The notes beneath the pieces were generated by a model, which saw only the letters and a list, made by a program, of their open reading frames with translations, was not told the DNA's origin and made no database searches. The translations under genes and the position numbers were made by a program. DNA of 12,239 bases from a virus (lineage: Duplodnaviria; Heunggongvirae; Uroviricota; Caudoviricetes): the IMG/VR virus record IMGVR_UViG_2671180458_000003, one strand, 5' to 3'. Positions 1-9,363 of the stretch are shown in pieces. Each line of letters starts with the position of its first letter. The first letter of the stretch is position 1.

Positions 1-2
1 AA

Positions 3-248
3 ATGAAAACCATCTTTATCAAACCCGAGCCGGGACGCCTGATTCGTGATCCCGACACAATGCGCCCGCTGGCACAGGAGGGAGAGAAAAAGCCCTTCAC
101 GCCGTTCTGGTGTCGGCGTCTTGATGACGGCGATGTCATTCAGGCTGAAAAAGCCGCTGAAGAGGCTCCGGCTGTATCTGCGGATGCAACGACTGCGACA
201 GAAAAACCGGTCGCCCAACCGGCATCCGATAAGGAGAAACCGCAATGA
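3..248 (+). CDS. hypothetical protein immediately upstream of the tail sheath gene (possibly 5'-partial)
   Basis: 81-aa ORF whose TGA stop overlaps the sheath ATG (ATGA at 245-248), suggesting translational coupling. Ala/Thr/Pro-rich low-complexity C-terminus. The window begins 2 nt before its first ATG, so the true start may lie upstream. Confidence 0.4.
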   Translation: MKTIFIKPEPGRLIRDPDTMRPLAQEGEKKPFTPFWCRRLDDGDVIQAEKAAEEAPAVSADATTATEKPVAQPASDKEKPQ

Positions 249-1747
249 TTAATTTTGACGGGATCGGTAATGACCGCCGTATACCGCTGATTGAGGTTGA
301 GTTTAATAACTCCATGGCTGTCACCGGCACTCCGGCACAGCGTCAGTGTGTGCTGCTGTTTGGTCAGGCGAGAATGAAAGAGAATGCCGTGGACGGTGCC
401 GGTGTTCTGGATGTTCCGGTCAGGATCACCCGTGCGTCTCAGGCAACAGAACTCTGGGGGCGCGGCTCCATGATTGCCCTGATGGTGGCGGAATTTATCG
501 CCATCAATCCTGATGCTGAACTGTATGCCATTGCTCAGGGGAATGGCACCGGACAGGCGTTATCCGCCGCCATGAATCTGACCGGAACGGTCACCCGTGA
601 CGGAATTGTTTATGCCTGCGTGGGGGGGCGGCGTTATACACTCCCGGCACCAAAAGGTAAGAAAGGCAAAGAACTGACCGACGAGCTGGCCGCGCTGATC
701 AATGCCGATCCTGACGCGCCCTTCACGGCCTCCTCTGGTGCAGGAAGTGGTGATAATGGCGCAGGTCTGAAAGGGTCTCTGGGGATCACCGCCCGCTTTA
801 CCGGTGAATGCTCCGTTCATGATGTGCGCCTGAACTATCACGACGGGGAAGCAACCCCGGAAGGAATACAGGTCGCTATAGCCTATCCGAAACAAAAAGC
901 GGCTAACCCGGATATCACCCGAAGCGTGGCGGGTATGGGCGATCGCCAGTACAACTATGTCGTCATGCCCTATAAGGATGATGCAAACCTGAAAATCATC
1001 AGTGATGAGCTTCTGAAACGCTGGGGACCGGCCAAAATGTCTGACGGCGTGCTGTGGCTGGCACATACCGGCACGTTTGGTGAGGTGCAGGCATTCGGGG
1101 CAAAACGCAATGATTTTCTGGCGACCTGCACATCCATTCCCAAAGCCCCTGAACCGGATTACCTCTGGGCCGCGGCGGTCTGCGCCACCTGTGCACCCTC
1201 TCTGGGAGCAGATCCTGCGCGTCCGCTTCAGACGCTGGCGCTTCCGTCACGCATGGCCCCGGCTCCGGCCGATCGTCTGACGCGTGAAGAGCGTAACAGT
1301 CTGTTGTGGGGAGGGATTGCCACGGTCAGTGTGGCTGCCGGTGATGTGCTTCAGATCGAACGTCAGGTGACCATGTATCGCCAGAACGTGTACGGCGAAA
1401 GTGATCCCAGCTATCTGGATGTGGAAACCATCTACACCCTCTCCTGGCTGCGTTATTCCCTGCGTACTTTTATCACACAACGTTTTCCGCGCCATAAACT
1501 GGCTGATGACGGGACGCCCGTTCGTGCCGGTCAGAATATCGTGACACCGGAGATCATGAAGCTTCAGTTAATTTCGCTGGGTGAAGAGTGGGTGGAACTC
1601 GGGCTGGTCGAAAATCTGGACACTTTTAAAAAGAATCTGCTTGTGGAGCGTAATGCGTCAGATCGAAACCGCCTTGACGTGTTATGCACGCCGGATCTGG
1701 TTAACCAGTTCCGCTTCCTGGCAGCACAGATCCGTTTCATTTTGTGA
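245..1747 (+). CDS. phage contractile tail sheath protein (Mu gpL-like)
   Basis: 500-aa ORF with a strong SD (AAGGAG at 235-240) before the ATG. It is followed 8 bp later by a ~120-aa ORF, the canonical sheath-tube pair, and sits first in a Mu-like tail gene order. Call is by size and synteny, not by a recognised motif. Confidence 0.65.
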   Translation: MINFDGIGNDRRIPLIEVEFNNSMAVTGTPAQRQCVLLFGQARMKENAVDGAGVLDVPVRITRASQATELWGRGSMIALMVAEFIAINPDAELYAIAQGNGTGQALSAAMNLTGTVTRDGIVYACVGGRRYTLPAPKGKKGKELTDELAALINADPDAPFTASSGAGSGDNGAGLKGSLGITARFTGECSVHDVRLNYHDGEATPEGIQVAIAYPKQKAANPDITRSVAGMGDRQYNYVVMPYKDDANLKIISDELLKRWGPAKMSDGVLWLAHTGTFGEVQAFGAKRNDFLATCTSIPKAPEPDYLWAAAVCATCAPSLGADPARPLQTLALPSRMAPAPADRLTREERNSLLWGGIATVSVAAGDVLQIERQVTMYRQNVYGESDPSYLDVETIYTLSWLRYSLRTFITQRFPRHKLADDGTPVRAGQNIVTPEIMKLQLISLGEEWVELGLVENLDTFKKNLLVERNASDRNRLDVLCTPDLVNQFRFLAAQIRFIL

Positions 1748-1755
1748 GGTAAGGC

Positions 1756-2121
1756 ATGAGCGGAAAACAGTATCAGGGCACGGCCACTATCCGTGTGAAC
1801 GGTCAGGAATACGAGACGCTTGAGGGGGCTACATTTTCTCCGTCAGGTTTTGAACGTGAAGTGGTGAAAGGCGCGAAAGTCTATGGTTACCGCCAGAAAC
1901 CACGTGAAGCGACGCTGGACTGCAAATTTCCGGCAGGCGGAGAAGGCTCACCAGCCGCTGATGAAATCAACAACTGGACTGCGGTCACCATCGAGTTTGT
2001 GGCGGATACCGGCGAAGTCCACATGATGACGAAGGCCTGGAGCAGTGAACCGGCCTCGCTTGACGGTGGCGGGGAGATCTCCGCGAAGTTCGCCAGTGCC
2101 ACCAGTACCCGTGTCCAGTAA
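1756..2121 (+). CDS. phage tail tube protein (Mu gpM-like)
   Basis: 121-aa ORF directly after the sheath gene and 14 bp before the chaperone gene; size and position are typical of a contractile-tail tube protein. Confidence 0.6.
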   Translation: MSGKQYQGTATIRVNGQEYETLEGATFSPSGFEREVVKGAKVYGYRQKPREATLDCKFPAGGEGSPAADEINNWTAVTIEFVADTGEVHMMTKAWSSEPASLDGGGEISAKFASATSTRVQ

Positions 2122-2135
2122 TCAGGAAAAATGCA

Positions 2136-2612
2136 ATGACCACACGAAAGAAAAAAAACGCGGTTTCTGACGAAGCCGTTATTGAGGCTATCCGTGATGC
2201 ACTTGAGGACGGCGATCCACGCACCGCCGGTCTGGCAGAACAACTGGCGAAAGGCTATGTGGATCTGCTTGATGGTCTGCCATTCGGTGAGTCCCGTGAA
2301 TACCGCGTCACCTTCCGCGAACTGACGGCGAAAGACAGCATTGATGCGGAAACCGATGCTGAACGTCTTATGGAAACCCGAAACGGCCCGGTTCTGGTGG
2401 CATCACCGGCCCTGCGCGGTATTGCGCTGCTGCGTCGCCAGATTGCCGCTGTCGGTGACATTCAGGGGCCGTTGTCACAACGCCAGATTGGGCAGTTAAG
2501 CGAGCGCGATCTCTCCCGTCTGATGGCAGCGGTCAGCCTGCTGGATACCGCGCTTGCCGGAAAGCTGGCGGCTGATCGGGGGCGAGCAGGCGCAGTGTCG
2601 GGCGCAGATTGA
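2136..2612 (+). CDS. tail assembly chaperone (Mu gp41-like position)
   Basis: 158-aa acidic ORF between the tube and tape measure genes. Its 3' end overlaps an alternative-frame ORF that runs to just before the tape measure start, the lambda G/GT-like arrangement. Confidence 0.55.
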   Translation: MTTRKKKNAVSDEAVIEAIRDALEDGDPRTAGLAEQLAKGYVDLLDGLPFGESREYRVTFRELTAKDSIDAETDAERLMETRNGPVLVASPALRGIALLRRQIAAVGDIQGPLSQRQIGQLSERDLSRLMAAVSLLDTALAGKLAADRGRAGAVSGAD

Positions 2613-2736
2613 AGAAGCGGCAATAGTGCTGGGGATGGTGACCAGAAGCGGCCCGGAATGGGCGCTTAACCTCCCCTTATCGCAACTTTACCGGCACTGC
2701 CAACAAACGGAAAAAATTCTCAGAACGAAGAAGTAA
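2524..2736 (+). CDS. putative frameshift-extension reading frame of the tail chaperone
   Basis: The frame one nucleotide downstream of the chaperone frame is open from 2524 to a TAA at 2734-2736, 3 nt before the tape measure ATG (2740) and in the same frame as it. The six-frame track reports it only from a TTG at 2554. Candidate shift sites are GGG-GGC-GA (2578-2585) and the terminal GAT-TGA (2607-2612). Confidence 0.35.
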   Translation, partial: WQRSACWIPRLPESWRLIGGEQAQCRAQIEEAAIVLGMVTRSGPEWALNLPLSQLYRHCQQTEKILRTKK

Positions 2737-2739
2737 TCC

Positions 2740-4794
2740 ATGGCAAAAAACCTGAAAGCCTCCCTGATTGTCGATTTACTCGGCAATGTTTCCGCCAAAT
2801 CCCGCCAGTGGTCACAGGAGCTGGGGGCGTTCTCCCGCGTCGGCAGGACGGGGCTGGGTGGTATTGGAAATGCAGCCCGCCGTGCCGGTCAGGAGACAGA
2901 GCTTGTCGGCTCCCGTATGCAGCGTACGCTTGCCGGTGTCCGTGGCAGTATCCGCACGGTAACGTCGGATTTTGACCGTCTTCAGGGCAGTATTACCGGC
3001 ACGCTGGGACGTCTCAGCAACCTTTACGGGATGCTGGCAGGAGGGGCTGCGGTCTACGGTTTTAATAAAGCCTTTATCCGCCCGGCCGCAGAGATGGAGA
3101 ACTATATTCTGCGTCTCAATGCCATTAATCATGGCGATACGGCAAAAACGGAAGCAGTGAAAGCCTGGGCGGTACAGAACGCAAAGGAAACCACCTGGGG
3201 ACTGGCGGGGGTTATGCAGGAATACGCCTCCAGTCGCGGGTTCGGTATGAGTGACAGGGAAGCCCGCCGCTTTATTACCATGCTTCAGGATCAGGGCGGC
3301 TATCACGGCTGGTCACTGTCAGATGCACAGGGGGCGTCCCTGCAACTCAAACAGATGTTTGCCCGCCAGAGTATCCAGGCCGCGGACGCCAGTATCCTGA
3401 CCGGATACGGGATAAACGTTTACCAGTTGCTGGCCGATAAACTGGGTGTAAACCAGAAGACCATCCGTGAGAAAGGCGAGAAAGGAAAACTGGGACCGGA
3501 CAGCATTCGGCTGTTATTTCAGGTGATGGCCGAACAGGCAAAAGGTGCCCAGAAAAACGCCATGAACTCATGGACAGGGATGACATCCATGATGGGCGAC
3601 GTCTGGGACGGATTTGCCCGTGAAGTAATGGCAAAAGGGCCATTTGACAGCCTGAAAAAGAGCCTGAAAGGCTTCCTGGATTATGCCGATGCGGCACAGA
3701 AAAGCGGCTTACAGGACAAGCTGGCCACACAAACAGCCTCAGCCCTGAATCAGGGCTTTGAGTATGCCAGAGACGCAGCGACGGGTTTTTACCGGGCCAT
3801 TCAGAAAGTCAGGGAAACGCTTCAGGCATTGCGTGACGCTGGTTATGGCGATGCGCTGGATCGCATTGGTCAGGGCGCACAGACCGCCGCGAAATATCTC
3901 CTGTATATGTATCTCGCCACCCGTGCGCTGAAGGCTGTCCGCGCCATAGGTCTTGGGGCACTGCGACCGGGGGCGGCATTGTTGGGGTACGGGTTATCCA
4001 CGGCCGCTGTGCTGACCTCGCCTTTTCGTAAACCGCAGACCACCGTTCCGGGCACGCAGCCAGGACGCGGCCAGCGTTTTATGAACTTTCTTACCGGGGT
4101 AAATCCTGCTGCCGTTCAGCCCGTACTGGTCACCAACTGGCCTGCGGGTGGTCTGGCATCTGGTGGCGGGGATGTGGTGGTCAGCGGTGACGGCAAAACC
4201 GTGCGCAGCCGTAAAAAACGCGGCCCCGGACGTGGGCGGGGTGTCACGACCGTTGTGACTGCCGGTGAGCAACTGGCAGAGAGCGCCGGTAAACAGGGCT
4301 TCTTCGGTCGTATGATGAGCCGTGCCGGTGGTCTGCTTTCGGCTGCCGGAAGCCGCATGGGGTTGGGGCGTTTTGCCGGGCTTTTCCGTGGTGCCGGTCG
4401 GCTGGGCGGTGGTGCCCTGTGGGCCGGGGCCATGGCGGCTCCTGTACTGCTGGACAGCAGTGCCAGTGCCGTTGATAAAGCCGGTGCCGTGGGTTCCCTT
4501 GCCGGAAGTATCGCCGGTGGTGCGCTGGGGGCTGCCGCCGGTCCGGTCGGGGTTGCCATTGGCTCCACGGTGGGCAGTTATCTCGGTGATTATCTGGGGG
4601 GATGGCTGACCGAAGCCTGGCAGAAATTACGGGGCAGTGATGAAAATGGCGGACAGGCCACCGCGAAAACCGCCGCACGGGTGGAGCTTGTGGCCCCTGA
4701 AGGCTGGCGGGCACGCAGTATTGATGTGGATGATACCGCACAGCATGGTCTTGATGTGAACGTCTGGAACGGAGGGAACTATGGCCTCTACTGA
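2740..4794 (+). CDS. tail tape measure protein
   Basis: 684-aa ORF, the longest in the operon, directly after the chaperone pair. Ala/Gln/Lys-rich N-terminal two thirds and a Gly/Ala-rich hydrophobic C-terminal third (GGALWAGAMAAPVLL, GSLAGSIAGGALGAAAGPVGVAIGS), typical of tape measure proteins. Confidence 0.8.
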   Translation: MAKNLKASLIVDLLGNVSAKSRQWSQELGAFSRVGRTGLGGIGNAARRAGQETELVGSRMQRTLAGVRGSIRTVTSDFDRLQGSITGTLGRLSNLYGMLAGGAAVYGFNKAFIRPAAEMENYILRLNAINHGDTAKTEAVKAWAVQNAKETTWGLAGVMQEYASSRGFGMSDREARRFITMLQDQGGYHGWSLSDAQGASLQLKQMFARQSIQAADASILTGYGINVYQLLADKLGVNQKTIREKGEKGKLGPDSIRLLFQVMAEQAKGAQKNAMNSWTGMTSMMGDVWDGFAREVMAKGPFDSLKKSLKGFLDYADAAQKSGLQDKLATQTASALNQGFEYARDAATGFYRAIQKVRETLQALRDAGYGDALDRIGQGAQTAAKYLLYMYLATRALKAVRAIGLGALRPGAALLGYGLSTAAVLTSPFRKPQTTVPGTQPGRGQRFMNFLTGVNPAAVQPVLVTNWPAGGLASGGGDVVVSGDGKTVRSRKKRGPGRGRGVTTVVTAGEQLAESAGKQGFFGRMMSRAGGLLSAAGSRMGLGRFAGLFRGAGRLGGGALWAGAMAAPVLLDSSASAVDKAGAVGSLAGSIAGGALGAAAGPVGVAIGSTVGSYLGDYLGGWLTEAWQKLRGSDENGGQATAKTAARVELVAPEGWRARSIDVDDTAQHGLDVNVWNGGNYGLY

Positions 4795-6139
4795 CACGCC
4801 GGGGCGTGGCTCCTTCCGTGGTGTGCCGTTCCTGGTTTATCAGGAGCAGCGGGAACGGGGCGGACGTAACATTGTGCGCCGTGAATATCCGCTGCGTGAA
4901 AGCGGCGGTGCGGATGATTTGGGGCCAAAACTCCCGGAGTTTACATTCACGGCTCTTGTGATCGGCAATGACCTTCAGACGCAGCGAAGCCGCCTGCGGG
5001 ATGCGCTGCGGGCACCCGGTGCCGGTGAACTGATGCACCCGGATTACGGCACCTTAAATGTGCTGATAAACAGCTTTGAAAGCCGTTATAACGCCAGCGA
5101 ACAGGGAACGGTTGAGTTCACGATCAACGTGATCCCCGCCAGTGACGATACCGCACCGGCGGTGGCTGAAGACACGGCTGCCGTTCTGGAGCAGAAAAGC
5201 GGTTCAGCAATGAATCAGTTGTTTAACACGCTTTCAGACGGCTGGACAGTGATTTCAGACGGCCTGCATGATGTGCAGGCCATGACCGACACCATCAGCG
5301 ATAAAATTGATGCGCTGGAGAATGCCGTTTCGGGTATGGGGATTGTGCAGGATATCAGTGCCTTTACGGCCAGTTTCACTGCCCTGAAAGGGAATGCTGC
5401 CGCCCTGATTAATTCGCCCCGTCGCATGGCTGAATCTCTGGCCGGAATGTTTGCGGTGCTGACGGGACTGCCCGGCGATCCTTCCCTGTCACTGACCGGG
5501 AAGGCCGCAACGCCGTCCGGCAGCCTGACCACAAACCGTGACAGCATGACAGAGCAGGCAATGCCGCAACTGTACCGCACACTTTCTTCCCTGCGTTATA
5601 CCCTCAGCGGGCAGGATGATCCGCAGATCCTGATTGGTCTGACGCCTGCGGCACAGAAAAATATCAGTCTTCTGCGGACAGTCATGCAGAGCGCAACCCT
5701 GGTGTCACAGGCGCAGACGGTAGGAAAACTGCTGGATCAGGTCGTCCGGCAGAGTGCGACGCTCGTTCAGGATACTGACCGGGAGGGCGGACTGGCCTGG
5801 CTGGAAAGTTCTGCCGATGTGCAGCGGATCAACCGGGATTTGAGTGATGCCCTGGAACAACAGGTGCTGGATTTGTCCGCACAGGGCCATACCGGAACCG
5901 CCCTTGCATTACGTGATGCCAGACTTGCGCTGACAGAGGATTTAACAACGCGTAGCGTGCATCTTCCCGGCGCTTCTCAGGTCATGGTGCGAACCACCGA
6001 ACCGGCACTGGTCACGCTGTACCGTGCCACCGGCAACAGCCGTCGCTGGCAGTATTTTGTCCGCAGGAACAACATCCCTGATCCGGTTTTTGTTCCTGGT
6101 GGTCGCAGTGTGGAGGTGATCAGTGAGCAGCATGATTGA
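4781..6139 (+). CDS. Mu gpN-like DNA circulation protein (baseplate/tail-tip protein)
   Basis: 452-aa ORF overlapping the tape measure stop by 14 nt, with GGAGGG SD at 4771-4776. The N-terminus (SFRGVPFLV...) resembles the DNA-circulation N-terminal domain as I remember it. Position matches Mu gene N. Confidence 0.65.
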   Translation: MASTDTPGRGSFRGVPFLVYQEQRERGGRNIVRREYPLRESGGADDLGPKLPEFTFTALVIGNDLQTQRSRLRDALRAPGAGELMHPDYGTLNVLINSFESRYNASEQGTVEFTINVIPASDDTAPAVAEDTAAVLEQKSGSAMNQLFNTLSDGWTVISDGLHDVQAMTDTISDKIDALENAVSGMGIVQDISAFTASFTALKGNAAALINSPRRMAESLAGMFAVLTGLPGDPSLSLTGKAATPSGSLTTNRDSMTEQAMPQLYRTLSSLRYTLSGQDDPQILIGLTPAAQKNISLLRTVMQSATLVSQAQTVGKLLDQVVRQSATLVQDTDREGGLAWLESSADVQRINRDLSDALEQQVLDLSAQGHTGTALALRDARLALTEDLTTRSVHLPGASQVMVRTTEPALVTLYRATGNSRRWQYFVRRNNIPDPVFVPGGRSVEVISEQHD

Positions 6140-7247
6140 GCTGTATATTGGCGGCAGTATTTTTTCCGGCTGGCTGACGGTCAGTGTTCGTCGCTCGCTG
6201 GAGCATCTGGCCGGGTCGTTTGAACTGGGGCTGATGCTGCCCGGTGAGCGCATCCCCTCAGCCCTGCGGGCCGGTCAGTCCCTGACGCTCAGAATTAACG
6301 GGCAGACGGTCATCAGTGGCTGGCTGGATCAGGTCAGTCAGCGGATCAGTGCAACCCGTCATCAGATCAGCATCAGCGGTCGGGATAAAACCGGCGACCT
6401 GGTGGACTGTGCCGCCATCCATCCCGGCAGCCAGTGGCGAAACCGGACGCTGGCACAGATTGCCGCAGATTTATGTGCGCCCTTCGGAATAGCCGTGCGC
6501 TGGCAGGTTAACGACGACACGACTGCACGCCCCTTCAGCTCTTTTACCCTGGAAAACTCAGAAACCGTGGCGGATGCGCTGACCCGTGCGGCCCGGCATC
6601 GTGGGGTGCTGGTGACCAGTAATGCTGACGGCGATCTGGTGTTCACTCAGGCAGGAAATCAGCAGACGGACAGACTGGTGCTGGGGGAAAACCTGCTTGA
6701 TGCCGATTACAACATGGACTGGCGAGGACGATACAGCGAATACCGTGTCCGGGGGCATGGACGCGGTGGGGGTAAACGGGGAGACAGCGAATCCGCCGCC
6801 CGGCTGGCGGCCCCAGTGGGCATCATCAGTGATGAGCAGATCGGTCGCTACCGGCCGAAAATCATCCTCGCCGATCAACAGACAGACACCTCCGGTGCAC
6901 GGCAGCGCGCCCTGCGGGAGATGCGCCGTGCGGTTGCCCGTTCAGAACGGTTTTCCGCCACCGTGCGTGGCTGGTTCCGGGATGATGGCCGGTTATGGGA
7001 TGTCAATCTGCTGACCGGTGTTTCGGCCCTGCGTTTCGGTATCGAACAGACTGAACTTCTGGTCTGCCAGGTGGAGTTTTTACTGGATGAGCAGAACGGG
7101 GAAGTCACCCGGCTGGTACTGGCACCGCGTGACGGCTTTATCGTTCCGGCAGAGCCGGACAGTAAGGGTCGTGGTGGTTCCGGTGATGATGTTGATGCCT
7201 TTATTCGCCAGCAGATGAAAAAACAGGGGATCAGCTTTGATGAATGA
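6123..7247 (+). CDS. baseplate hub protein (Mu gpP / P2 gpD-like)
   Basis: 374-aa ORF; GTG start at 6123 lies 6 nt after GGAGG (6112-6116), with an alternative ATG at 6132. Overlaps the preceding stop. Position and size match Mu gene P. Confidence 0.6.
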   Translation: MSSMIELYIGGSIFSGWLTVSVRRSLEHLAGSFELGLMLPGERIPSALRAGQSLTLRINGQTVISGWLDQVSQRISATRHQISISGRDKTGDLVDCAAIHPGSQWRNRTLAQIAADLCAPFGIAVRWQVNDDTTARPFSSFTLENSETVADALTRAARHRGVLVTSNADGDLVFTQAGNQQTDRLVLGENLLDADYNMDWRGRYSEYRVRGHGRGGGKRGDSESAARLAAPVGIISDEQIGRYRPKIILADQQTDTSGARQRALREMRRAVARSERFSATVRGWFRDDGRLWDVNLLTGVSALRFGIEQTELLVCQVEFLLDEQNGEVTRLVLAPRDGFIVPAEPDSKGRGGSGDDVDAFIRQQMKKQGISFDE

Positions 7248-7851
7248 TGAAGTGTTCAGCCGCCTGATTGCCCCGGTAACGCGCGGCATTCGCCTGCTGT
7301 TTGGCCGCGGCGTTCTGACCGGCACACATGACGAACTGAAAATGCAGAATGTGCAGCTCACCGGCATGGACGGCGAAACCTTTGATGATGTGGAGCGTCC
7401 CCAGCAGTACGGGCAGATCAGCGTTCCCCTGCCGGGTGCGGAAACCTTTTTTGCCTGTCTGGGCGGGCAGCGTGATCAGACCGTGGTGCTTGTGGTGGAA
7501 GACCGCCGCAGTCGCCCGACCGGACTCACTGCCGGAGATACCGGCGTGTATCACCATGAGGGGCACCGCATACGTCTGACAAAGAACGGTCGGATCATTG
7601 TGACCTGTAAGACGCTGGAAATTTACGCCGATGAAGGTGTTCAGGTGGATACACCGGAAGCCACCTTCACGGGCAATGTCACGGTGGATAAAAACCTGCA
7701 TATCAAAGGTAATCTGACCATTGATGGCACAGGAAAATCACAGGGTACGTTCACGATGTCCGAGGCTGTTATTGCCGGGATCACCTATTCCGGCCATGTA
7801 CATCATGACAACGGTGAAGGCAGTAAGACAGGAGCGCCGGAGAATGGCTGA
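7240..7851 (+). CDS. baseplate central spike protein (Mu gp45 / P2 gpV-like)
   Basis: About 203 aa from ATG 7240 (the track starts it at TTG 7237), with AGGGGA SD upstream. Size and position match Mu gp45. The C-terminus carries a His cluster (SGHVHHDNGEG). Confidence 0.65.
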   Translation: MNDEVFSRLIAPVTRGIRLLFGRGVLTGTHDELKMQNVQLTGMDGETFDDVERPQQYGQISVPLPGAETFFACLGGQRDQTVVLVVEDRRSRPTGLTAGDTGVYHHEGHRIRLTKNGRIIVTCKTLEIYADEGVQVDTPEATFTGNVTVDKNLHIKGNLTIDGTGKSQGTFTMSEAVIAGITYSGHVHHDNGEGSKTGAPENG

Positions 7852-8281
7852 TATTGCAATTGTGTGGGATCAGGGATGCGGTTCGCTGCAACTGAACGGT
7901 GCAGACCTGCTGACAGATGACAGTCTGATGACAGCGGTTCTGATTTCACTGTTCACTGACCGCCGGGCACTGACGTCGGATGAAATCCCTGATGGCACAC
8001 GTGACCGCCGGGGATGGTGGGGAGACAGTTTTCGCCCGCGCCCCATTGGCTCCCGTCTGTGGCTTCTCAGTCGGGAAAAAACGCTGGCCTCCGTGATAAG
8101 CCGTGCCCGTGCCTACGCGGATGAGGCGCTGGGCTGGCTCAGTCAGGATGGCGTGGCGTCATCCGTGGTCTGTCATGCAGAACGTGTGGGGCACGCGCGG
8201 CTGGCGCTTTCGGTGCGCATAACCCTGCCTGATGGTTCGGTAAGACCCATGATTTTTTATGCTGATCTTAAGGGGGAGTAA
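7844..8281 (+). CDS. baseplate wedge protein, Mu gp46 / P2 gpW / T4 gp25-like
   Basis: 145-aa ORF from ATG 7844 (AGGAG SD at 7830-7834) overlapping the spike stop by 8 nt. The track ORF 7721-8281 is the same frame with a spurious upstream extension. N-terminus MADIAIVWDQG...LISLFTDRRA resembles the GP46 family as I remember it. Confidence 0.7.
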   Translation: MADIAIVWDQGCGSLQLNGADLLTDDSLMTAVLISLFTDRRALTSDEIPDGTRDRRGWWGDSFRPRPIGSRLWLLSREKTLASVISRARAYADEALGWLSQDGVASSVVCHAERVGHARLALSVRITLPDGSVRPMIFYADLKGE

Positions 8282-9363
8282 TGCCTTATCAGCCTTTACC
8301 GCTGGCACAGTTAATCACGCAGACACAGCAGGATATCAGCCAGCGTCTTCCCGGTTCGCAGCCGGGCGTGAATGAAACCACCCTGAATGCCATTGCGTAT
8401 GCTCAGGCAGGATTGTCTGCACAGGAGCATGAACATCTGGCCTGGATTGCACGTCAGATCATCCCGACAGAAGCCGATGAAGCCGAGTTGCTGAAGCACT
8501 GCGCTTTCTGGGGTGTCATGCGTAAACCTGCCTCACGGGGTGACGGGCCGGTTCAGCTGATGCTGACCACGGATGCGGGGATCACGGAAGGTGTGCTTCT
8601 CCAGCGCAGTGACGGCGTGGTTTACCGCATCACCTCCTCACTGACCGGTAAAGCCGGTACGCTGAATGTCAGTGTGGAGGCCGAAAGTGCCGGTCGTGCG
8701 GGAAATGCCCCGGCAGGGACGAAACTGACGTTTGTCACTCCGCAGGCGGGGATCAACCAGACGGCCACGGTGACCGGAACAGGGATCACCGGTGGTGCGG
8801 ATGTGGAAACGGTGCCGGAGCTGCTTTCCCGCCTGGTTTTCCGGGTGCAGAATCCGCCGTCCGGCGGTACACAGTACGATTTTGAACGCTGGGCGCGTGA
8901 AGTGCCGGGGGTGACGCGGGCATGGTGCCGCCCGGAATGGCCGCAGGCGGGCAGCGTGGGGGTGACGTTCGTTCAGGACAACAACCCGGACATTTTTCCC
9001 GGTGAAGGTGATGTGAAACGTGTGGCGGATTATATCCGCAGTCATGATGATCCGGCGACCGGCCAGCCTGTCGGTCAGCCTCTGGGGCCGACGGTGACCG
9101 TGTTTAAACTGACCAATAAGCCAGTGCCTTTCAGTATCAGGATCATCCCGAAAACACCGGAGAATCAGGCGGCAGTAAAACAGGCACTGACCGACCTGTT
9201 ATACAACGAATCCCGCCCCGGCGGTCTGGTTCTGGCGTCGTCTTTCTGGCGTGCCGTGGCGGGGGTGAAAAATCTGGAGGATTTTGAAGTGCGCAGCCCG
9301 CTGACGTCGGTTCAGGCGGGAGACAGCGAGCTGCTGACAGTGGGGGAAATCACATGGCTGTAA
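8281..9363 (+). CDS. baseplate J-like protein (Mu gp47 / P2 gpJ / T4 gp6-like)
   Basis: 360-aa ORF with a TAATG stop-start overlap and AAGGGGGAG SD. Size and position after the gp46-like gene match the baseplate J family. Confidence 0.7.
   Translation: MPYQPLPLAQLITQTQQDISQRLPGSQPGVNETTLNAIAYAQAGLSAQEHEHLAWIARQIIPTEADEAELLKHCAFWGVMRKPASRGDGPVQLMLTTDAGITEGVLLQRSDGVVYRITSSLTGKAGTLNVSVEAESAGRAGNAPAGTKLTFVTPQAGINQTATVTGTGITGGADVETVPELLSRLVFRVQNPPSGGTQYDFERWAREVPGVTRAWCRPEWPQAGSVGVTFVQDNNPDIFPGEGDVKRVADYIRSHDDPATGQPVGQPLGPTVTVFKLTNKPVPFSIRIIPKTPENQAAVKQALTDLLYNESRPGGLVLASSFWRAVAGVKNLEDFEVRSPLTSVQAGDSELLTVGEITWL

Noticed and set aside
560-1495. Minus-strand ORFs (560-1066, 999-1250, 1247-1495) inside the sheath gene
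   Set aside because: Fully embedded antisense to a 500-aa plus-strand gene in a translationally coupled operon; no independent support.
2147-2160. A8 homopolymer at the 5' end of the chaperone gene as a slippage or phase-variation site
   Set aside because: It encodes an in-frame Lys-Lys-Lys and no alternative frame opens from it; most likely just a Lys-rich N-terminus.
4244-5038. 264-aa minus-strand ORF, Arg/Pro/His-rich, with neighbouring minus-strand ORFs 3994-4272 and 4116-4568
   Set aside because: Antisense to the Gly/Ala-rich 3' third of the tape measure gene. The composition is the mirror image of GC-rich Gly/Ala codons, there is no RBS, and it is fully embedded in a strongly supported plus-strand gene. 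Typical high-GC antisense artifact.
7721-7843. Upstream start (7721) for the gp46-like gene
   Set aside because: It would overlap the spike gene by about 130 nt. ATG 7844 has an AGGAG SD and the usual 8-nt overlap, and gives a family-typical ~145-aa protein.
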